Positions 44,911 to 59,269 of a stretch of 64,000 nt of DNA are shown piece after piece. The stretch is from Eledone cirrhosa. Lineage: Eukaryota. Positions within the stretch are counted from its first letter, which is position 1. Each line of letters opens with the position of its first letter. The position numbers and the translations under genes are program-made. The notes below the pieces were generated by a model that saw only the letters and a list, made by a program, of their open reading frames with translations, made no database searches and was not told where the DNA came from. The stretch is from positions 31,186,001 to 31,250,000 of the forward strand of contig OZ024761.1 in assembly GCA_964016885.1 (NCBI GenBank), in the 5' to 3' direction.

Positions 44911-45294
44911 TTAAACTCGTAACCTCATGGTTGCGTAGCGAACGTCTTAACTACTCGCCAAAGCACCTATCTATCTGTCTGTTCATCCATTCATCTATCT
45001 ATCTATCTTTCTATCTGTCTGTCACACTTTTTCGGGGGTGTGTGCAACCCCCATCACGTCCCCTCCCTTTTGAGGTTGTTTTTGATTATTTTCATTTTAT
45101 ACCCTTTTTACTTGGTTTTATATAAACTCCCCCTTTGTATTTGTCCCTTCTTTTTATGCCTTTATGGTAAATAAAGAAATATATCTATCTATCTTTCTAT
45201 CTATATACCTATCTATCTATCTATCCGTCTGTCTATCTATATCTATCAGATATTTACGCCCACACACTTGCACACAAAAACGTGCATACACCTG

Positions 45295-45409
<115 letters not shown>

Positions 45410-45465
45410 GCGCTCACACACATATATATACATATATATATATGTATATATATACACACAGATAT

Positions 45466-45521
<56 letters not shown>

Positions 45522-45593
45522 GTTTATATATATATATATGCATATATATATATTATATATATATATACATACATACATACATACATACATACA

Positions 45594-45629
<36 letters not shown>

Positions 45630-45761
45630 TATACATACATACATACACACATATATATATATATATATATATATGTACGCATGCATACCTACGTAAATCT
45701 GCGTGCATCATACTTACAACACTGACGCCCACAAAACTGTTAACGTAGAGTAATTTGGTTT

Positions 45762-45961
45762 TGACGTAATATGACGTAAAGTGACGTAAAGTGACGTACA
45801 TTTTACCTTCTCCAGAAGTCGCTCGGCAGACAAATATATCGATTTTGTAGGCTGAACGAAACGATCAGAAATTGAAGATAAAGGCAGAAGTAATACAGTT
45901 ATATGAAATAAGTATGTGGGTGGGATTTATATTTAGACATGTTCACTTCCGGTCACGTGAC
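45762..45961. promoter_or_regulatory. Candidate regulatory cluster (4x TGACGTA, ETS, extended E-box)
   Basis: TGACGTA at 45762, 45772, 45782 and 45792. CACTTCCGG at 45944 overlaps GTCACGTGAC at 45952. Confidence 0.4.
45807..45851 (-). other. Candidate 45-bp upstream exon (5'UTR or coding)
   Basis: Acceptor TTTCGTTCAG|, donor GAAG|GTAAAA. Open in phase 1 into the 35062 exon (YKIDIFVCRATSGEANSKM). Confidence 0.4.
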
Positions 45962-46099
45962 AATTGCATAGTTTCAAAAGAACCCTACGAGATTAGAATT
46001 TAGAATAAATAGATTAATAAATTGATATTGTTTTTTTGTTTTTTATTTTGAAATCGAACTGGATTTGTAAAATTATATCAATAAGTAAATAATAATAAT

Positions 46100-47531
46100 A
46101 ATGTTTTTCTGCTTTTTGCACAAGGCCAGCAATTAGCACAGTGCATTACTGGTACTTTATTTTATCGACGCCCGTAAATATGAAAGGCAAAGTTAACCTC
46201 GGCAGGATTTGAACTCAGAACGTAAAGTGCCATAACTCTATGCAGCAAAGAATTTTGTAAATAATGGTTTCTAGTAGAGGCACAAGGCCAGCAATTTTGG
46301 GGGAGGGGAAAGTCGATGAGATCGACTCCAGTGCATGACAGGTACTTTATTTTATCAACTCTGTAATGATGAAAGGAAAGCTAACCGTGGCGAGATTTGA
46401 ACTCAGAATGTAAAGGGACATAACTAAATGCCACAAAGCGTGTTGTTCGACGCTCTACCGATTCTGCCAATCCAATGATAGTGGTTTCTGATTTAGGGAC
46501 AAGGCCAACAATTTTCGGGGAAGGGGTAAAGTCAATTAATTCAACCCCAGTGAGTTAATTGTACTTTATTTGATCAGCCCCGTAAGAATAAAAGGCAAAG
46601 TTAACCTTGGCGAGATTTGAACTCAGATCATAAAGGACTATGACTAAATGCCACAAAGTATGTTGTCTGGTGCTCTACCATTCTGCCAATCCAATAATAA
46701 TTTTTTTGTTCTACTTTTGGCACAAGGCTAGCAATTATCTAGTACATTACTGGTACTTTATTTTATCGACCCCGTAAGGATGAAAGGCAAAGTTAACCTC
46801 GGCGGGATTTGAACTCAGACCGTGAAGGGACGTAACTATGCAAGAAAGCATAATGTCTGACCCTCTACTGATACTGCCAATTCACCGCCCTATGATGTTA
46901 TAATAACAACCACATGGCAGTAAGATTATTAACAGTATTTTGAGAATCTCTGTTGCACCCACTTTGAGAACCTCTGTTGTATGCTAATAACTGGATCTAA
47001 TTTTGGCACAAGGCCAGCAAATAACCCCAGTGTATTACTGGTACTTTATTTTATCGACCCCGTAAGGATGAAAGGCAAAGTTAACCTTGGCGGGATTTGA
47101 ACTCAGAACATAAAGGGCCGTAACTCTAGCCAGTAATTTGTGGGAACTTGAAAGTCGATTAAATCGACCCCAGTGCGTGACTGGTACTTTATTTTATCGA
47201 CCCCGTAAGGATAAAAGGCAAAGTTAACCTTGGCGGGATTTGAACTCAGACCGTAAAGGGCCGTAACTCTATGCTGCAAAGTATGGCGTCTGACGCTCTA
47301 CCGATACTGCCAATCCACCGCTCTTATACTACTACTACTACTAATAATAATAATTGTTTCTACTTTTGGCAATTATCCCAGTGCATAACTGGTACTTTAT
47401 TTTTATCGACCTCGAAAGGATGAAAGGCAAAGTTAACGTCAGCGGGATTTGAACTCAGAACATAAAGGGCCGTAACTCTATGCTGCAAAGCACACTGTCT
47501 GACGCTCTACCGATACTGCCAGTCTACCGCC
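46100..47531 (-). mobile_element. Cluster of about 7 co-oriented SINE A copies
   Basis: GGCACAAGGCC...GATTTGAACTCAG recurs about every 200 bp. Confidence 0.85.
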
Positions 47532-47659
47532 AATAACAAACTCACATCTTTAGCACGTATGTATAATCGTAGTACACATGTTTAGCAAGTTTGTGTAACG
47601 ATAAGCTACGTCGATAGAACCTATATTTTAGCAGAATTCACGCCTGTAGCAGTCAACAC

Positions 47660-49350
47660 TTCCTCTATATTCCTCTCTTCTCTCCTTTATTTCACCTCAT
47701 CTCTCCTCTATTTCATCACCTTTCCTCTAATTCACCTGCTCTCTCCTGCATCTCATCTCCTCTCTTCATGTCACTTTCCTTCATCTCTCCTTCATTTCAC
47801 TTCCTCTCTCCTCTAATTCACATCATCTCTCCTTCATTTCACTTCCTCTCCTTCATTTCACTTCCTCTCTCCTCCAATTCACACCATCTCTCCTTCATTT
47901 CACTTTCTCTCCTCTAATTCACATCATCTCTCCTTCATTTCACTTCCTCTCTCCTCTAAATCACATCATCTCTCCTTCATTTCACTTCCTCTCTCCTTCA
48001 TTTCACTCCTCTCTCCTCCAATTCACATCATCTCTCCTTCATTTCACTTCCTCTCTCCTCTAATTCACATCATCTCTCCTTCATTTCACTCCTCTCTCCT
48101 CTAATTCACATCATCTCTCCTTCATTTCACTTCCTCTCTCCTTCATTTCACTCCTCTCTCCTCTAATTCACATCATCTCTCCTTCATTTCACTTTCTCTC
48201 CTCTAATTCACATCATCTCTCCTTCATTTCACTTCCCCTCTCCTTCATTTCACTCCTCTCTCCTCCAATTCACATCATCTCTCCTTCATTTCACTTCCTC
48301 TCTCCTCTAATTCACATCATCTCTCCTTCATTTCACTTCCTCTCTCCTTCATTTCACTCCTCTCTCCTCTAATTCACATCATCTCTCCTTCATTTCACTT
48401 CCTCTCCTCTAATTCACACCATCTCTCCTTCATTTCACTTCCTCTCTCCTCTAATTCACATCATCTCTCCTTCATTTCACTTCTTCTCACCTCTAATTCA
48501 TATCATCTCTCCTTCATTTCACTTCCTCTCTCCTCTAATTCACATCATCTCTCCTTCATTTCACTTCCTCTCTCCTCTAATTCACATCATCTCTCCTTCA
48601 TTTCACTTTCTCTCTCCTCTAATTCACATCCTCTCTCCTTCATTTCACTTCCTCTCTCCTCTAATTCACATCATCTCTCCTTCATTTCACTACCTCTCTC
48701 CTCTAATTCACTTCCTCTCTCCTTCATCTCCCTTCCTCTCTCCTCTAATTCACATCATCTCTCCTTCATTTCACTTCCTCTCTCCTTCATCTCACTTCCT
48801 CTCTCCTTCATTTCACTTCCTCTCTCCTTCATTTCACTTCCTCTCTCCTTCATCTCACCTCCTCTCTCCTTCATTTCACTTCCTCTCTCCTCTAATTCAC
48901 ATCATCTCTCCTTCATTTCACTTCCTCTCTCCTTCATCTCACATCCTCTCTCCTCTAATTCACTTCCTCTCTCCTTCATCTGCCTTCCTCTCTCCTCTAA
49001 TTCACCTCCTCTCTCCTTCATTTCACTTCCTCTCTTCTCTAATTCACATCATCTCTCCTTCATTTTACTTCCTCTCTCCTTCATTTCACTTCCTCTCTCC
49101 TCTAATTCACATCATCTCTCCTTCATTTCACTTCCTCTCTCCTCTAATTCACAACATCTCTCCTTCATTTCACTTCCTCTCTCCTTTAATTCACATCATC
49201 TCTCCCTCATTTCACTTCCTCTCCTCTAATTCACATCATCTCTCCTTCATTTCACTTCCTCTCTCCTTCATTTCACCTTCTCTCTCCTTCATTTCACTTC
49301 CTCTCCTCTAATTCACATCATCTCTCCTTCATTTCACCTTCTCTCTCCTC
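47660..49350. repeat. CT-rich 21/42-bp minisatellite
   Basis: Alternating CTCTCCTTCATTTCACTTCCT and CTCTCCTCTAATTCACATCAT units. Confidence 0.9.
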
Positions 49351-49429
49351 TATTGCATTTGTAACATGACAAGGGAACAAAGAATCGTAGAAGGCTACAT
49401 TGATATGAAAGATAAAGCACCAATCTTGT

Positions 49430-49995
49430 CACAGTGTGTCACATTGTGTCACACAGGGTGTTACACTGTGTCACACACTGTGTCATACTGTATCACACAC
49501 TGTGTCATACTGTATCACACAGTATCACATTCTGTATTACGCTGTATCATACTCTGTGATACACTGTATCACACTGTGTAACACACTGCATCACACTCTC
49601 TGCCGCACTATGTTACACTGTGTCACACTGTGTGATATACTGTGTCATACTGTATCACATTGTGTCACACCCTGTGTTACACTGTGTCACATATAATGTC
49701 ATTCTGTATCACACTGTATCACATTCTGTATTACACTGTCTCATACTCTGTGTTACACTGAGTCACACTGTGTAACACACTACATCACACTCTGTGCCGC
49801 ACTGTGTTATACTGTGTCACACTGTATCACACACTGTGTAACACTATGTCACACACTGTGTAACACTATGTCACACACTATGTAACACTGTGTCACTCAC
49901 ACTCTGTCACACCTTGAGTCAGGTTGTGTCACACACAGTATCACATTGTGCCACACATTGTCACACTCTGTGTCACACACTGACACACACTATGT
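49430..49995. repeat. Degenerate TGTGTCACAC short-period repeat
   Basis: Recurring near-palindromic 11-13-bp units. Confidence 0.8.
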
Positions 49996-50295
49996 CATGC
50001 TTTGTGCGTGCATGTGTGTATGTGAGTCTCTGTGTGTGTACGTATGTGTATATGTGAGTGTGTGTACGTTTGTATGTGTGTGTGTGTGTGTGGATGTATG
50101 TATGTGCATGTGTGTATATGTATATGTATATGTGTGTATGTGAGTATGTATGTATGTATGTGTGTATGCGTATATGTGAGTATGTGTATATGTATGTATG
50201 TATGTATGTGTATATGTGTGTATGTATGTATATATGTATGTATGTATGTTTGTATGTATGTGTATATGTGTGTATGTGTGTATGTATGTATGTAT

Positions 50296-51110
50296 CTTTG
50301 TTTGGCAGGATATGGGCTAATGAATCCGTACCTGAGGACTGGAGAGATGCAGTAATGGTGGTCTTGTACAAGGGAAAGGGTAACAGGAATGATTGTGGGA
50401 ACTACAGAGGTATATCATTGCTTTCTGTCGTAGGGAAAGTTTTATGTAGGGTGCTTCTGGACCGTCTGCTGACACACATTGCAGATTGTGTTCTTCCTGA
50501 AAGTCAATCTGGTTTTCGTGCTGGACGCGGCCCTACTGATATGATCTTCTCAGATAGACAGCTCCAGGAGAAGTGCATGGAACAAGGTTTGGATCTGTAT
50601 CAGGTTTTTGTCGATCTGACAAAAGCTTTCGATACTGTTAACAGAAATACATTATGGAAGGTCCTCCAGAAACTTGGTTGCCCTGACAAGTTCCTTGCTT
50701 TAGTTAGGTCTTTCCATGACGACATGAAGGCTTGGGTTAATGTCGGAGGTAACATGTCGGAGCCTATCTCAGTAAAAAATGGAGTGAAACAGGGGGATAT
50801 TCCAGCACCGACCCTGTTTGCCATATATTTTTCAATGGTTTTCTGTATTGCATTCAGGAATTGCGAGCATGGTGTTTACAAGTAAGACCAGTGGTTGACT
50901 ACCAGGCTGCTGTTGGAGATGCTACTCATCATGCTTGCCAAGCATGTGGTAGAGAATGTAAATCAGCAGAAGGGCTCAAGCGACATCCAAAAGTACACGA
51001 ACTCCAACCACATCCGGCTATTCCCAGTGAATGTTTTGGTTGCCGACTCTGTGCAAGACATTTTAGATCATTGGCTGGGCTAAAAAGCCACATTCGATCG
51101 CAGCGCTGTT
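50296..51110 (+). mobile_element. RTE (BovB-like) LINE fragment: N-terminal RT joined by internal deletion to C-terminal C2H2 fingers
   Basis: PEDWRDA...YKGKG...CGNYRGISLLS...LPESQSGFRAGR...FVDLTKAFDTV...GVKQG, then CQACGREC...LKRH and CRLC...LAGLKSHIR. 3' tail at 51237-51282. Confidence 0.9.
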
Positions 51111-51303
51111 AGTTGCTATCGTGTGTGTGTGTGTATATATATATATGTATATTATTATTGTTGTTGTTGTCGTTATTATTATTGTTGTTATTATTATTAT
51201 TATTGTTATTAATATATATATATATATTTTTTTTTTCTCGTGCAATGGCCATACTCGATAACGAGGGGGCAGCCATCATCATGTATGTATGTATGTATGT
51301 TAT

Positions 51304-51912
51304 GTCAGGTCACCAGTTGGTGCTACTGGTAACATGTATCCCAGTACAACCTGTCTCATGGTCGGATCGTTGGCGACTAAACTGGCAACCCCACCAAGGT
51401 TTCTTGGTGAGGAGGGTGACTTTGGACATCCTGCAGGACTAAAAACAAAACCTGTCAAAGGGCAAAGGAGCTCTTAAGAGTCAATGGCCATCCAAAATCA
51501 CCGGGAGAGATGACCCCTTAGCCTTTGTCAAGGCAGAATTCTAGGAGAAGGAAAACTCTGATATAACACCTTCAACCCTGATGGTATCCAATGATGTTGA
51601 CTTGTTCTTCTTTTTGGTAAATATCATCTTGGTTAAGAGAGTGGGACTGGCTTTGTGCAGTGCCTTTGCTCACTATAAAAGCTTCACGGCACAGGCATTG
51701 CTTTATATCTGGAGATCTCTCTGCACTTGTCGTCACATGGTACCATGGACCCAGCACTATGTGTCAATAATTGTCACAAGTGTAGTGTTTGTACCAGAGT
51801 TTTCAAGTCGCTGGCTGGACTAAAAAGTCACACTCGTTCAGCGCATCGGTAGGGGTTCTCCTACATGGAAATAAAGTAGTGGCCGTACTCGAAAACGAGT
51901 TGGCAGCCACCA
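51304..51912 (+). mobile_element. Longest copy of the non-coding RTE-tailed retroelement
   Basis: About 610 bp between (ATGT)n tracts with no RT-like ORF. 3' stem-loop CTCG-AAAA-CGAG. Confidence 0.75.
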
Positions 51913-51971
51913 TGTATGTATGTATGTATGTATGTATGTGTATATGTATGTATGTATGTATGTATATATGT

Positions 51972-52037
<66 letters not shown>

Positions 52038-53166
52038 ATGTATATATGTATGTGTATATGTGTGTCCTTGGCCTTGCAAATATTTAGCTTCTACGTGTTC
52101 CATATTCCGAATTCTAGCTCCAGCGAGGTCGACCTTGCTTGGTCATCAATACAGGAGTCTTATTGATCTATTGAATAATTACCGATATATACAAGTGATA
52201 TATTGCAATTGTTTCCTCTGCCCACACATAAATCCATGTACAACAGACCGCGTGATTTGTCTAGAGCAAGAATGTGGAACACTTTCTTCTTCTTCACCAT
52301 CATCATCACCATCATCATCACCACCACCATCATCACCACCATCATCATCATCATCACCACCATCACCACTACCACCACCACCATCACCACCACCACCACC
52401 ATCCTCACCACCACCATCACCACCATCATCACCATCATCCTCACCATCACCACCACCATCATCACCATCACCATCACCATCACCACCACCACCACCACCA
52501 TCACCACCACCACCACCACCACCACCACCATCATCACCACCAACACCACCACCACCACCATCATCACCAACCTCTCCTTCTTCTTCTTCTTCTTCTTCTT
52601 CTTCTTCTTCTTCTTCTTCTTCTTCTTCTTCTCTCACAATATGGAAGGAAAGGGAAGGTTGAAATATATATAGCAAAAACAGCGACTGGCGTTTCATTTG
52701 CTACGCGTTTATGTTTATATACATATACTCACTCACATACGCGTTTATATTTACATACTCATACATATATGCATGCATATGCACATACACACATACGCGT
52801 TAACGTGTAGAAAGAATTCCTAGTATATATATAACCGTGAAAATAGGAGGAAAGGATGATTTATGGGATTGCCAGCCCCTGTTTTGCTATAGTCTTTTTC
52901 ATCATCCTCTTCCTCCGCTTCCTTCCTTTTACACACACACACACACACACACACATTGTAATTGTATAACGGACGGACGGAAGCCGCTCAAATTTATATA
53001 TATAAATATATATGTGTTAAGTATTTCCATGGAAAAGGTAAAGGAAAGAAGAGTGCTCTATGTATAGTACAGAGCTATTTAATTATGTAATAAACAACAC
53101 AATATAATTATTCCATTACCCAAGGTTTCACGAAGTCAGACGATTCTATCAGAGGCGTTTGATTTC

Positions 53167-53241
53167 TATTCTATCTGATGAACGGATTCAGACGCCTCTG
53201 TTAAAATAGTTTGACTTCGTGAAACCTTGGGTAATGTAATA
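53167..53241 (+). ncRNA. Type I hammerhead ribozyme motif inside an ~83-bp-arm inverted repeat (53080-53270)
   Basis: UAUUCUAU-CUGAUGA-ACG...CGU-GAAA-CC(UUG)GG-UA-AUGUAAUA. The left-arm allele AUGGAAUA restores a full 8-bp stem I. Confidence 0.7.
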
Positions 53242-54144
53242 ATTATAGTGTGTTGTTTATTATATAATTATATATATATATATCTTTTTCGTCCCAGGAC
53301 TGGTACTTCATTTCCCAACGACAAAGTTGACCATATTTGACCACCACAGTTGACCACAGGTGGGATTTGAACTCAGAAAAGCAAAGAAACCGTAGGGAGA
53401 AGAAGACATTTCGGAGTCGTTTAATCGAATGCTCTACCGGCTCATCTCTCTACCAATTCGTCTTCTGTAGTAACAAGGTTTGCGCTGTTTATTTATTGTT
53501 TCCTTTATGAAAATATCAATTAACCAATTAATTTTTGTTATGAATAACTAACTAGCTTTATTAGATTATTGGTGTTAACGAGTGTAACGAACGTTTCATG
53601 AGATTGTTTTTTAAAGAAATTGATAGCAGAGCAATTACACCAATTTCAATATTAACACCAATATTGATAATCATAGCACAGGTTTGTTAAAATAAACATA
53701 AAAAATACTACATACCCCCTCGCCCCCTACACACACACACTCACACAGAAAACCCAAACAAAGGCCCCCAAAAACAAAAGAAAAAAAAAAATTAAAAAAA
53801 AGGAGGAAAAAAACCCTAACAACAACATTAATAAAAAACAAATTAGCATGCAGTAAAAAACAAAATTGGAAAGCTGGGCCAAGTATCAGTGGAAATCCTA
53901 ATTAATTTTGTATTTGTCATCTGCCAGCAAGAAAAAATACGCTACAAACAATAAAATAACAAATTTCATATTTACAACACAATAAACAGAAAGATCTTAG
54001 CAACAAACCAACCTCAAGCATAACAATAAGAACAACAACTGTTACACCGTTACAATGCTTGACTATGCTAAATAATGTAATTCTAATATAATTTGTTTCT
54101 ACTTGCGATTATAATATGTCTCATATATATATGTGTGTGTGTGC

Positions 54145-54180
<36 letters not shown>

Positions 54181-54217
54181 GTACATGTATATATATATAT
54201 GTATATATATATATATG

Positions 54218-54471
<254 letters not shown>

Positions 54472-54494
54472 TGTATATATATATATGTATATAT

Positions 54495-54533
<39 letters not shown>

Positions 54534-54583
54534 TGTATATATATATATGTATATATGTACATATATATATATATGTATATATG

Positions 54584-54635
<52 letters not shown>

Positions 54636-54662
54636 TGTATATATATATATATGTACATATAC

Positions 54663-54699
<37 letters not shown>

Positions 54700-54729
54700 T
54701 ATATGTACATATATATATATATATGTATA

Positions 54730-54840
<111 letters not shown>

Positions 54841-54923
54841 GTACATATATATATATATATATATGTACATATATATATATGTATATATATATATAATTAT
54901 ATGTACATATATATATATATATA

Positions 54924-54979
<56 letters not shown>

Positions 54980-55223
54980 TATATATATATAAATATATAA
55001 ATATATGTACATATATATATATAAATATATAAATATATGTACATATATATATATAAATATATAAATATATGTACATATATATATATAAATATATAAATAT
55101 ATGTACATATACATATATAAATATATAAATATATGTACATATACATATATATATATATATACATATATGTACATATATATATATATATATATATATGTAC
55201 ATATATATATATATATATGTATA

Positions 55224-55284
<61 letters not shown>

Positions 55285-55289
55285 GTACA

Positions 55290-55411
<122 letters not shown>

Positions 55412-55547
55412 CATAGAGATACGAAGTTTCGTATTGTGTAGATGTTTAAAAATCCTTTATTAATAAAGATGTGATATGTATGTTCTGTGCCTCCCCCCCC
55501 CCCCACACACCATATATGTATATATATATATATATATGTATACACAT

Positions 55548-55609
<62 letters not shown>

Positions 55610-56037
55610 CTTTGCTTATATATATCTATATCCCAAGGAATACAAAGAACAGAACACACATTTTCCTATTTACACAATAAAGATTCTAGGCTTCACACGT
55701 AAATAACAAACCTATATTACATATGTCGTTTCTGTGAATTTGATGGCGCAAGTGATAGAGATTTCGAGATAAATTAATTTATGTTTCGTGTGTCGAGATT
55801 CGGACCCGCAATTATTTGGAACCTGCCTTTCGTTATGGTTCAGAACACATCCGATTATATATATATATATATAAAGTACCAGTAATGCACTGGGTATTTG
55901 CTGGCCTTGTGCCTAAAGTAGAAACCATTATATATATATATATATTGACCGAACTAGAAACTGCTAAATTTTTTGGCCGCCTTCTTGTCTCTCTGCCTTT
56001 TCAGCCTCATGGATTATATTCCTTTGTTAAATTTCGA

Positions 56038-56095
56038 ATACCCGATGATGTCACCGGATTCATACTGAACCCGGTCATTGAAATGTTCATAGTAT
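56038..56095 (+). ncRNA. Degenerate hammerhead motif
   Basis: AUAC-CCGAUGA-[ACCGG..UUCA/UGAA..CCGGU]-GAAA-UGUUCA-UA-GUAU then AAUAAA. U4C change. Confidence 0.55.
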
Positions 56096-56144
56096 AATAA
56101 ACCTTTAAGGAATTACACCTGTCCAGCCTCCTGTTATTTTATAA

Positions 56145-56197
<53 letters not shown>

Positions 56198-56779
56198 TTT
56201 TTTTATTAACCACAAGGGTTTACACAAAGTAGACATTAAGGACAGTGCAGGACAATACAGGACGGTACAAATGGGCATTTCTGCGTGTAAAAAAAACAAA
56301 AAAAAACAGAGGGTGTAACAAAAAATAACAATGAAAAATTCCCCAATAGGGGGGGGGGGGACTTCAGAGGGACAATGTGGAGAAAGCCCAGTAAAAAGCC
56401 ACAATGACCCTGACCACCAAGGCAAGTGCCCTCTCCCAGTTTTCCACCTTTAATTTACAGATATATACTCAGAGTAGGCCCATTTACTCGGGCCATTCTT
56501 GCTTCTCTCACCCATCTTTCAACAAAATGCTGGGAAGAGAGCACTTCCCTCTCTACTCTGATTTTCCTTTTCAAATGATAATAATAATAATAATAATAAT
56601 AATAAACGAAAGATATATACTTTATATCATCACTATTTATTTCATTAATATATATTTCGAAGATGTAAAGTTTTATGTATGACATAAACCAGAGCAGGTC
56701 CCCTTCAGAAAAAGTACATATGAGATGTATAATTTTTTCACGATATGCTGGTAGACAAACCAAGTATACATATATATAT

Positions 56780-57155
56780 ATTGTTATACTTTGGGAGGGT
56801 CATGTTGCTAATAAGAAACACACGCACCAGTTGCTTTCACTTCAATTTATTATAATAAATTTATAAATTTAGGAATTTATAAATTTCCGGTTGGTTGGTT
56901 GGTTCCACAACCAGATGATTGTTCATATATTGTCAAAGTTCTTTCGTCACACATTCTGTGATCTCTTTAGTGACTGGGGATTCTTTTCTTTGTTTTTGTG
57001 CCTCTCCTTTGTTCTGTCCTACGCCATCTTGTTTTTGTGTGAAAGCAACTGGTGCGTGTGTTTCTTATTGGCACCATGAACCCCCCAAAATATAACAATA
57101 TCGGTTTCAACACACGTTTTCAGATAAAGAATCTTGCTAAACAAATTCAGAAACG
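56780..57155. mobile_element. Penelope-like terminal repeat with inverted segment (same family as 22397-22665)
   Basis: 56780-56838 and 57041-57100 are inverted copies. Flanked by (TA)n. Confidence 0.7.
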
Positions 57156-57177
57156 ATATATATATATATATATAAGT

Positions 57178-57224
<47 letters not shown>

Positions 57225-57267
57225 CAATAGGAAGTCAGAATTGCAGCTTGTTATGAAGCTTTATTGC

Positions 57268-57351
57268 ATATTCCAACTGTTTCGATAGCTATCAGCTCGG
57301 GTTTGATCGGGCGATCGAATCGCCACTCTTAATCGACACCTCCTCAGATAT
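57268..57351 (-). ncRNA. Degenerate hammerhead motif
   Basis: AUAU-CUGAGGA-GGUG...UAUC-GAAA-CAGUUG-GA-AUAU then AAUAAA. U16.1 is replaced by G. Confidence 0.5.
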
Positions 57352-57593
57352 ACGAGTTTATATGGGTGGTCCCATCCAAACTGTTGACAGATGTCCCGTG
57401 TTTGTTTTATATACATGTTATTGGGTTCAGGCATATATATATACAGATTCGGGATCCGACGGGTGAGGTTTTCCTGTTTCCACATCTAGTTCGCGACTCT
57501 TTATAATATAGCTATACTCTACTGCATCAAATATTGAGTACACTATTGAGTAATGGTCTTACTATTTCTGAACTGGTTCTATCCTTATTTATA

Positions 57594-57635
<42 letters not shown>

Positions 57636-57660
57636 ATAGAGGTGTAACACACGAGCTATG

Positions 57661-58166
57661 ATATATTGGTAAAAGGAAAAGAAAATGCTGACAGTGAACA
57701 ATAGTTTAATTAGGAATAAGTAAAAATTAGTAATAGTATTGATTAGTATTCAGTTTTGGTTTTAAGTTTTTACCGGTTGCGCATTTCTAATGCTTTTCAA
57801 AAATAATTTTGAGATAGAGCGCCCGTGATGTTTCCTCTAATCTGATTAGTTTTGGAAATTCTACCTGTTTTATGTAAAAAAAAAGTGGCTCCAGATGTAT
57901 GAAAAAAAAGTGGCTCCAGATGTATGAAAACCTTTTTTTTACATAAAACAGGTAGAATTTCCAAAATTAATCAGATTAGAGCAAACATCACGGGCGCTCT
58001 ATCTCAAAATTATTTTTGAAAAGCATTAGAAATGCGCAACCGGTAAAAACTTAAAACTAAAACTGAATACTAACCAATACTATTACTAATTTTTACTTAT
58101 TCCTAATTAAACTATTTTTCACTGGGAACAATTTGTCAGCATTTTCTTTTCCTTTTACCAATATAT
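57661..58166. repeat. Long inverted repeat, arms ~220 bp, with a 25-bp direct duplication in the spacer
   Basis: Left arm 57661-57884, right arm 57932-58166 with few mismatches. Spacer (AAAAAAAAGTGGCTCCAGATGTATG)x2. Confidence 0.9.
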
Positions 58167-59048
58167 ATATATATATATATACATAGACTCACTTGAAAAT
58201 ATTTACCATTTTATATTTTATGATGCATCATACGCTATATTATACTATATACAATGTACCATACTGTACTATATTATATTACATTATATTATATTATTAT
58301 ATTTTATTACCTTATTATAATTTTCATCTTTTAATATACTATCATTCCTAGTTATGACCATTACTTTACCTATCTATATTTATCCTGGTTATTTCTGTAT
58401 ATTTTATATTTACTTATTTATATTCACCTAAAAATTCCATACAACACAACTCAACATTTAATTTTTACATTTCTTTTTAAACTTCACTCCACCATCTACA
58501 TTCCAATATCAATATAACAATTCCTTTTTCTTCATAGATTCTTTATAGTAATTCTATTTTTAACACCATTCAACCATTCCTTTCAAAGGGTGATGACCTC
58601 AACTAAAGTGAGTTATTTTTCATCTTAACATCATATGGCACAACACCATTTGATTGGTTTGTTCTTCAGCTACCTCCAAATAAGGTCATAGAACTCAATT
58701 TACTATTGATCTTGAATAAAATTTTCATTGCTTTTGACAACGGCTGATGATATACATGTAGGTAAATATATTCCTTATTTGATATTTTGTAACTAACCCT
58801 ACATAGATCTATAACGAAATATGCATACGATGTATTATTATCACCTAGAAACGATCGTTAAGCAGTGAAGTATATTTCTAATGACTTGAATTTTTATTTC
58901 ATTGTTTTAACTTATATCATGACTCTGTTTTCCTTTTGATATTTTATTGTTTACCGGGATTTATTTTAACCTACAACATTTTCAACATATGGATTACATC
59001 GAGTTCTTCATGCAGACTAGACCCCACAACCAACTAACTGTGGATATT

Positions 59049-59079
<31 letters not shown>

Positions 59080-59080
<1 letters not shown>

Positions 59081-59269
59081 GGAACAAGTAAGACCCCGAC
59101 GGCTGAGCTCAAGCCGTTTCGACGGCTAATTCTGGACTGAATTAGCCGTCGAAACGGCTTGAGCTCAGCCGTCGGGGTCTTACTTGTTCCTATTACCCAC
59201 TCTACTACCCTAAGTATTGAGTACTTTGGTGCGTTATGGTCCACCTGGTTCCTTACCACATTTCCTTCG

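Noticed and set aside
51345-51386. HDV-like ribozyme fit in the RTE-derived leader
   Set aside because: P3/L3 do not fit, and the putative P2 pairing is absent in the second copy at 6815-6960.
58739-58868. CUGAUGA...GAAACGAUCGUU hammerhead candidate (similar weak cases at 17560-17605, 56645-56712, 59311-59356)
   Set aside because: Stem I does not close or the core is too altered. Possibly decayed copies but not supportable individually.
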